Shown piece after piece: positions 10,187 through 15,306 of a DNA stretch of 15,306 bases. This DNA comes from Klebsiella pneumoniae (GTDB lineage: Bacteria > Desulfobacterota > Binatia > Bin18), in contig CAMBFS010000089.1 in the NCBI GenBank assembly GCA_945865755.1, forward strand, positions 1-15,306. Direction: 5' to 3'. Made by a program: the position numbers and the translations under genes. Every line of letters starts with the position of its first letter. Within the stretch, counting starts at the first letter, position 1. Under the pieces are notes generated by a model. It did no database searches, was not told the origin of the DNA, and saw only the letters and a list, made by a program, of their open reading frames with translations.

Positions 10187-12269
10187 TGGCCGACGCGGTG
10201 GCACGGGAGGCGAAATGGTGCGCCAGATTCGCATTGATGGAAACCCAGCTTGTTCCCGCGTCCGTGCTTTTGAATATCCCCGCGGGGGTTCCTGCGTAGA
10301 GGGTTGTCGGCGTTCGCGGATCCAGGGCAAGAGTGTGCAAGAAAGTATGGGGAAGCGTCGGGGTACTGACGGTGGTCCATGAATTTCCCCCATTGTCGCT
10401 CTTGAGCAACCCGTCTGGGGTGCCCGCGTACAGAATGGTTGCGTGTGGGGCAATGACGAGGGTGAGAATCCCCACGACGGATTGATGGACGAGTTGCCAC
10501 GTGTCGCCCCCATCCTTCGTCCTGAAAATTCCACCGTCCGTTCCCGCATGGAGAATGGTCGAGGTTGTGGGATCAACCACAAGTGTCCGTACCGCGGTAG
10601 AGGTTAAGCCCTTGTTCTTGTCCACCCAGGTTTCTCCTCCGTCGGCACTGCGGAAAATACCGCTCAGTGTTCCGGCATAAATGGTCGTTGGTGCCTTGTG
10701 ATCGACGACGAGTGTTTGGATGAGGCTTTTGGCCATGAGTTGGTTCTTCGCTTGGAGAGGACAGTCCGCGATTGGGGATTCGTCCCGCCGTTGCCTTTCG
10801 CCCTTGATGCTTGGGGTACTGCTCCGGTGAGGGGCACACGGGGGCGGTTCGGTGTTCACTACGTTGGTGTGCTTCCAACTCTTTCCTCCGTCCGTACTTT
10901 TCATCACCCCGCCTGGGGATGCGATGATGGCGCTATGGACACCTATCGCGGTTTCGGGAACTCCGGCATAGAGCGTGGAAGGGGTCGTCGTATCCATCGC
11001 GATAGCTAACACCTGGCCAAGGTTGATCGCATTCTCCGCATTGTTCTCAATGCTACTGAGCAATCCGCGCGGTTCACTGTTGACGTACAGCGTCGGAGGT
11101 GTGTGTGGTGCAAGCATGATTTGTTTGATCGGCCCGTCCCCGATATCCGTGATGTTCCAATGTTGTCCTGCATTCGTAGTGCGGAAAACCCCCTCAACCG
11201 TTCCCAGATAGAGTGTGGTCGGCGTCTGGGGGTCCACGAGGACGGTTTGAATAAAGGGCATGAGCAGACCCGTATTGATGGTGGTCCAGTGGGCACCGCC
11301 ATCAATGCTTTTGTGGAGCCCTTGTTTGGTTCCCGCGTACAGCATCAGCGGGTCCACCGGGTCGATCACGATAAAGAGGCTCGATTCCGACAACGCCGTG
11401 GGCTGCCAATCTTTTCCTCCGTTGATACTCTTGCTGACCCCGCGAGGCGTCACGGCATACAGTGTTGTCGGGGTCTTGGGGTCTATCGCGAGCCGGAAAA
11501 CCAGGTCCGATAGGCCAGTGGGCGACCAATCGTTCCCGCCATTCGTGCTTTTTTGCACGCCACGGCGAGTCGCGGCATACAGCGTCGTTGGGGTCTTCGG
11601 GTCTATCGCGAGCCCGCTGACCTTCTCGTCCACGAGACCCGTCGGAGTCCAGTCTTGCGCGCCGTTGAGGCTTTTGAAGACTTGGCTGATGGTCCTGCCT
11701 TCGCGGAAAACCGACACATAGAGCGTCGTCGGGGTTTCGGGATCAATCGCGAAGGTAATCGGAAAAACCTGGGTCAATGTTGTTGGGGTCCAATTCTTTC
11801 CCGCATCGGTACTTCTGAAAACCGTCGTATCCGTTCCGGCATAGATTGTGGCGGAATTGCGTGGATCAACCGCGAGCGGGAAGGTGTTGGCCGGGCTCCG
11901 CGCGTTTCTTGTCCAGGTTGCCCCACCGTCCGTGCTTTTGAACACCCGCTGAGATGCGGCTCCTCCATAGGGCGTGGTCGGGTTATTGGGATCAATGGCT
12001 AAAGTCGCAATCCCTTCCTTGGGCAAGCCCTGATTACTGACTCTCCAACTGACTCCTCCATTGGTGCTCTTGAAAAGACCGCTCGCGCTCACCGCATAGA
12101 GGTTCGTGGGATGACGCGGATCAATGAGGAGGTCCGAGATGCCCATCATCACCCACATGTCTTGTTCTTCGGACGGGTCCGCCACACTCTTAGTGATTGG
12201 TTGCGACAGAGTGAACAAAGCGAGAAGCAATACCAACGCCTGGAATCGTGGCGATTGTCTTGGGTTCAT
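10101..12269 (-). CDS. secreted BNR/Asp-box repeat double beta-propeller protein (Ycf48-like / sialidase-superfamily fold), 722 aa
   Basis: N-terminal signal peptide (MNPRQSPRFQALVLLLALFTLSQP). About 14 repeats of the ~40-46-aa unit LAIDPxxPxTLYAxTxxGVFKSTDGGxxWxxxxxGL (S-x-D-G-G-x-x-W Asp-box). Central Cys-containing linker splits two propeller halves. The last ~23 codons lie inside repeat A and overlap the Nudix gene antisense. Confidence 0.8.
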   Translation of the reverse strand: MNPRQSPRFQALVLLLALFTLSQPITKSVADPSEEQDMWVMMGISDLLIDPRHPTNLYAVSASGLFKSTNGGVSWRVSNQGLPKEGIATLAIDPNNPTTPYGGAASQRVFKSTDGGATWTRNARSPANTFPLAVDPRNSATIYAGTDTTVFRSTDAGKNWTPTTLTQVFPITFAIDPETPTTLYVSVFREGRTISQVFKSLNGAQDWTPTGLVDEKVSGLAIDPKTPTTLYAATRRGVQKSTNGGNDWSPTGLSDLVFRLAIDPKTPTTLYAVTPRGVSKSINGGKDWQPTALSESSLFIVIDPVDPLMLYAGTKQGLHKSIDGGAHWTTINTGLLMPFIQTVLVDPQTPTTLYLGTVEGVFRTTNAGQHWNITDIGDGPIKQIMLAPHTPPTLYVNSEPRGLLSSIENNAENAINLGQVLAIAMDTTTPSTLYAGVPETAIGVHSAIIASPGGVMKSTDGGKSWKHTNVVNTEPPPCAPHRSSTPSIKGERQRRDESPIADCPLQAKNQLMAKSLIQTLVVDHKAPTTIYAGTLSGIFRSADGGETWVDKNKGLTSTAVRTLVVDPTTSTILHAGTDGGIFRTKDGGDTWQLVHQSVVGILTLVIAPHATILYAGTPDGLLKSDNGGNSWTTVSTPTLPHTFLHTLALDPRTPTTLYAGTPAGIFKSTDAGTSWVSINANLAHHFASRATASATTPLAHLQDAPTPPATSSDVAGASAGVP
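11401..11616 (-). repeat. intragenic tandem duplication: two adjacent ~120-bp units (11401-11520, 11521-11616+), with a ~40-bp stretch ~90% identical, encoding neighbouring propeller blades
   Basis: CGGCATACAGTGTTGTCGGGGTCTTGGGGTCTATCGCGAGCCGG vs CGGCATACAGCGTCGTTGGGGTCTTCGGGTCTATCGCGAGCCCG at an exact 120-bp offset. Encoded blades LAIDPKTPTTLYAATRRGVQKSTNGGNDWSPTGL / LAIDPKTPTTLYAVTPRGVSKSINGGKDWQPTAL. Confidence 0.7.
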
Positions 12270-12348
12270 GGATTTTTCCTTTCTCCGGTTATTCTATGGT
12301 TTCTCGCCACCGCTGAACTTGGTCTTCCGCCGCGATCAAGAGTTCATG

Positions 12349-14421
12349 TTACTGCCGATCTATCCCATCCAGAATCCGCTTGCGCATGGCTTCAGTTTCA
12401 GGGCTTCGTGGCGCATCCGTGCTTGTGGTGGCGAAGTCCTTTTCCATCTTGTCCGACAACAGCAGCGCGAGCAGCGCTTCCATGACATTGCCGGTTGCTG
12501 GGGTACCGGTCCCGTTCGCGCCGCCTCCGGTGATCATGATTTTCGGCACCACATCGACGCGCGCGGCTTGAATCGCTTCGGCGAACCGGTTCATTACCTG
12601 CTGGGTCAACTGAAACCGAGGGCCGCCGTAGGCGCGGACTTGCTCTTCGATGGCCATGGCTTGGGCGACACCAACCCGCGCCGCCCGCTCCGCTTCCGCG
12701 ATGGCGAGCGCTTGAATCTTCTTCGCCTCACCTTCACCCAACATGCGAATTTTCTCCGCTTCCGCTTGCGCGAGAGTCTGAATCTGCGAGGCTTGCTGTT
12801 GTGAACGGGCGTAGTCGGCCTTGCCTTGGTTGGTCTGAATCGTAATCGACAATTCAGACTCCGTGAGATGCGTTTGCTGTTTGGCCCGCGCTTCGGCTTC
12901 ACGCAGTTCGCGTTCCTTGACCGAGGCTTTTTCTTGCCGGTTGTAGGTTTCCACCTGCTCCTCGGCGATTTGCCGCGCTCGCAGTTGGGTGAGAATCTGT
13001 TCGATTTGCCCACCGCCTTGGCCCGCTGTCGGCGTGCCGATCAAGACTTCTTGCAGCTCCAAGTTGTAACGTCCAAATTTTTCCTGCATCTGTTCCCCGG
13101 CGACCTGTTGGATCGCGCTCCGGTCTTGCAACAACTGAATGAGGGTGCGCGTCTGTCCCACGTTCTTGAAGTACGCCGACACCATGGGGGCGAGCGTCTG
13201 TTCGACCAGCCGTTTAATATCGCCAAACCGTTGTACCACCAGCGGCGCTTTGCGGTAGTCGATATGCACAACCACGGACAACGGGAGTGAGGGCTCGAAC
13301 GCATCCTTGGTGATCAAGGAAACTTCCGCCAGGTTTTCATCATACTTGTGAGAGCCAATCTCGGACCGATTCCACTTGAGGATGAAGTTGGTCGTCGGCA
13401 CCATGATCGCCTTGCCCGCGTAGGTGTTGAACGCATATTTCCCAGGGAGGAGCGGTTCGCTCCACACGCCACGTTCGCCCCTTTGCACTAGTTCTCCGTG
13501 CTTGTATTCCGTGCCGGAGAGGTCCGACCCTAGCTCACCAGTGTAGGAGACCACGACCCCGACATTGCCGACTTCCACCACGGTCTTGGGGACCATCTCC
13601 ACCGTGGCGAATAGGCGGTTAATGTAATACGTGCCTTCGACCAACACTTGGAGCTGGCGGCCACGCAGACCGCCAGCGTGGAGGAATTTTTCCGGGTCTT
13701 GAAAGCTATTGTGATACATGTCGGATTTGGTGGGATCATCACCAACGGTGGGCGCGATGATCTGCCCCGCCGGCAGCGATGGCCCATCATGGACAGTGAT
13801 AATACCAATCTGATCGTCCGCTCCTTTGATGACCACCGGCTGAAATCCGCCCCGTTCACTGAGGAGCGAAGCCATACTGCGAAACACCTTTTCTTCGTCG
13901 CGTTCGAGCGGGAGATAGTAAATCTGTTCCTGGGTAATCACGACAAACTGCGCCAAATTGATGGCATACGTTCCTTCACGCAAGATTTTCCGTTGGGGAC
14001 CGCGCTGCCCTCCGGCACGGAGGAATGCCGCGACATCTTGAAAATCCGTGGCGGTGGTATTTGAGGCGAGTGTTTGCGACGACGGCAATGGTTTACCGTC
14101 ACGCGCGAAAATATACCCAACCCGTCCCTGTGGAATCGTCACCAGTGGTTGGATATGGACGCTGTACTGCAACAGGGGCAGAAATTGGAGACCGCCACGC
14201 AGCACTTCGGGTTGGAAACCCGCCTCGCCGTTCAAGGCGATGAGTCCCGAGGTCAGTGAACCTTTACCGCTGATACGCTTTTCGACGATGCCTATCCGCG
14301 TGTTGGGAATGTAGCGAATGCTGCCAAGAAAGTAGAAGAGCACGACGCCACCGAGCGTATAGAGAATAGGGTGCTCGAAAAACCAGGCTAGGGGAGCGAA
14401 GAAGGGGAGGGTGGGGATCAC
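12349..14421 (-). CDS. flotillin-family SPFH/band-7 protein (YqiK/FloT-like), 690 aa
   Basis: N-terminal TM segment (LYTLGGVVLFYFLGSI). Repeated ...AGGxRGxQxxxLxEGTYxIN... segments as in YqiK-type flotillins. SPFH core. Long Ala/Glu/Gln-rich coiled-coil flotillin region (EAEARAKQQ...AEAEKIRMLGEGEAKKIQALAIAEAERAARV). Start is GTG at 14421 immediately after an in-frame stop, with AGGAG 6 nt upstream. A 79-bp gap to the propeller gene suggests one operon. Confidence 0.85.
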   Translation of the reverse strand: MIPTLPFFAPLAWFFEHPILYTLGGVVLFYFLGSIRYIPNTRIGIVEKRISGKGSLTSGLIALNGEAGFQPEVLRGGLQFLPLLQYSVHIQPLVTIPQGRVGYIFARDGKPLPSSQTLASNTTATDFQDVAAFLRAGGQRGPQRKILREGTYAINLAQFVVITQEQIYYLPLERDEEKVFRSMASLLSERGGFQPVVIKGADDQIGIITVHDGPSLPAGQIIAPTVGDDPTKSDMYHNSFQDPEKFLHAGGLRGRQLQVLVEGTYYINRLFATVEMVPKTVVEVGNVGVVVSYTGELGSDLSGTEYKHGELVQRGERGVWSEPLLPGKYAFNTYAGKAIMVPTTNFILKWNRSEIGSHKYDENLAEVSLITKDAFEPSLPLSVVVHIDYRKAPLVVQRFGDIKRLVEQTLAPMVSAYFKNVGQTRTLIQLLQDRSAIQQVAGEQMQEKFGRYNLELQEVLIGTPTAGQGGGQIEQILTQLRARQIAEEQVETYNRQEKASVKERELREAEARAKQQTHLTESELSITIQTNQGKADYARSQQQASQIQTLAQAEAEKIRMLGEGEAKKIQALAIAEAERAARVGVAQAMAIEEQVRAYGGPRFQLTQQVMNRFAEAIQAARVDVVPKIMITGGGANGTGTPATGNVMEALLALLLSDKMEKDFATTSTDAPRSPETEAMRKRILDGIDRQ

Positions 14422-14718
14422 AACAAACTCCTTTCAGTCCGGCGCTCAAGTGGTGATTCGCGGGAAGGGAGGCCGGTTCGGTTACATCTTGCCCGCAAGA
14501 GGTAAAGGAACGGCAAGGCGGAGACCAAGACGGCTGTCTCGGCGGAAACCTCGGAGTGAGGGAGAGTTGCTGAAGAAAAGCGGAAAGGGGAAACTCAGTG
14601 TTAAGGTAGGAAACCACACAAGAGTTATCCTACTACAGGAGGGATTGCGCAGGCAAAGAAAAGCGGAGCAACGACGGGCATGAAGGTGGGAGCGTGATGT
14701 TTTGCGACACATGGAACG

Positions 14719-14819
14719 GAGACGCTGGCGGCGGATTGGGTTGACCTCGCGGCGCTTCCACCCATGCCCCCTCGATATCACTGGATGTTGCAGGTGGCGT
14801 TGGCGCATCCTGAAGGTGG
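14719..14819 (+). pseudogene. copy B of the ~101-bp repeat: displaced, diverged 3' fragment of the Nudix gene (would encode ...DWVDLAALPPMPPRYHWMLQVALAHPEGG...) stranded in the intergenic region upstream of the flotillin gene
   Basis: ~88% nucleotide identity to 10073-10173, with an exact 43-bp core (14777-14819). No upstream coding context. The track ORF 14764..14988 is just this fragment read through into non-coding sequence. Confidence 0.7.
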
Positions 14820-14851
14820 ACGATTTGAAATTGTGAGGGGGCGGCCCGCGA

Positions 14852-15175
14852 CTAGGGGATGTTTTCTTCTTTTTCTTCTTTTTCTTCCTCTTCCCCGGAC
14901 AGCTTTTCCAGACCGAGGACCTCGGGGCTATGATCAAGGACCCAACGATCGTCAAACCGATAGAAAGACGCTAAAGCATCCGGTGTAATGGTTACTTCCA
15001 AATCGTCATGATGAATTTCATAGTCGGTGAACTCGCCATCGTCATGGTACACTCTAAAGAAAAACGAATTGTTCACCGCGCTGCGTAACAGAAACCCGTG
15101 GACACCCTCGGCACTCGTCACTGTAGCCACGGTCTTCCCGTAGCGATATCGCTCCGCCCTGAAGTCAGGACACAT
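14852..15175 (-). CDS. hypothetical small cytoplasmic protein (107 aa) with His/Asp-rich middle and Glu/Lys-rich C-terminal tail; first complete gene of the minus-strand flotillin operon
   Basis: ORF with GGAGG 12 nt upstream of the ATG (15188-15192 on minus). Its start overlaps the stop of the upstream partial ORF. No family recognised from the sequence. Confidence 0.45.
   Translation of the reverse strand: MCPDFRAERYRYGKTVATVTSAEGVHGFLLRSAVNNSFFFRVYHDDGEFTDYEIHHDDLEVTITPDALASFYRFDDRWVLDHSPEVLGLEKLSGEEEEKEEKEENIP
14862..14896 (-). repeat. in-frame simple-sequence repeat (TTTTTCTTC)x3 plus pyrimidine tail on the + strand, encoding the EEEEKEEKEE acidic C-terminal tail of the 107-aa protein
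   Basis: GTTTTCTTC TTTTTCTTC TTTTTCTTC CTCTTCCCC read directly. Unit length 9 bp is three codons. Confidence 0.6.
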
Positions 15176-15306
15176 TTGCTAAACTGGCCTCCAAATCAAG
15201 GGCAATCGCTGGCGAGAGATGAGCAAACAAGCTTTTATCGATGCGCAGCAAGGCGACGATCGCGCTGACCACACTCAAATCCCAGCCGCCGCGGCGGCGC
15301 GAGGCC
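15165..15306 (-). CDS. 3' end of an unidentified minus-strand ORF running off the window (…RIDKSLFAHLSPAIALDLEASLANVS*)
   Basis: Only open frame on the minus strand across 15165-15306. Its stop (15165-15167) overlaps the start of the 107-aa gene by 11 bp, suggesting translational coupling. Too short in-window to identify. Confidence 0.25.
   Translation of the reverse strand, partial: ASRRRGGWDLSVVSAIVALLRIDKSLFAHLSPAIALDLEASLANVS

Noticed and set aside
11260-11721. Plus-strand 153-aa ORF with internal peptide repeats (AYSVVGVLGSIAS...)
   Set aside because: It is the antisense reading of the propeller gene's tandem blade repeats. The periodicity comes from the real gene on the minus strand.
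14411-14683. Plus-strand 90-aa highly basic ORF in the flotillin upstream region
   Set aside because: Arg/Lys-rich low-complexity translation of purine-rich non-coding DNA. No RBS. Overlaps the flotillin start and RBS on the other strand.
14482-14955. 157-aa minus-strand ORF with a poly-lysine run (KKKKKKKKKK), and its twin 10079..10582(-)
   Set aside because: Both are wrong-frame readings of the pyrimidine microsatellite and of the two copies of the 101-bp repeat (shared peptide TFRMRQRHLQHPV). This is an artefact of repeat sequence, not a gene family.

Overview
High-GC bacterial chromosomal segment, no rRNA, tRNA or CRISPR recognised. Plus strand, left to right: three tandem ~17-bp repeats abutting the ATG of an ArnC/GtrB-like GT2 polyprenyl-phosphate glycosyltransferase gene, then a tightly packed nucleotide-sugar module (ugd, UDP-glucuronate decarboxylase UXS, a second SDR epimerase). 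Its last stop codon overlaps the lepA start (TAATG), and lepA is followed by lepB (signal peptidase I) and a solitary GspE/PilB-type secretion ATPase. Next come a translationally coupled Uma2-family (DUF820) nuclease gene and a tandem-NUDIX hydrolase gene (ATGA overlap). The right third is a minus-strand operon: a partial ORF, a 107-aa protein with an acidic C-terminal tail, a 690-aa YqiK/FloT-like flotillin (SPFH) protein, and a 722-aa signal-peptide-bearing BNR/Asp-box double beta-propeller protein. This ~4.5-kb flotillin-propeller cassette is bracketed by a ~101-bp imperfect direct repeat with an exact 43-bp core. One copy is the functional 3' end of the Nudix gene; the other is a displaced, diverged 3' fragment in the 430-bp region upstream of the flotillin gene. 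The arrangement looks like attL/attR-style scars of an integration or recombination event. The propeller gene's last ~23 codons are read antisense through the repeat and into the Nudix gene (86-bp convergent overlap). Most other six-frame ORFs in the track are antisense shadows of these genes.
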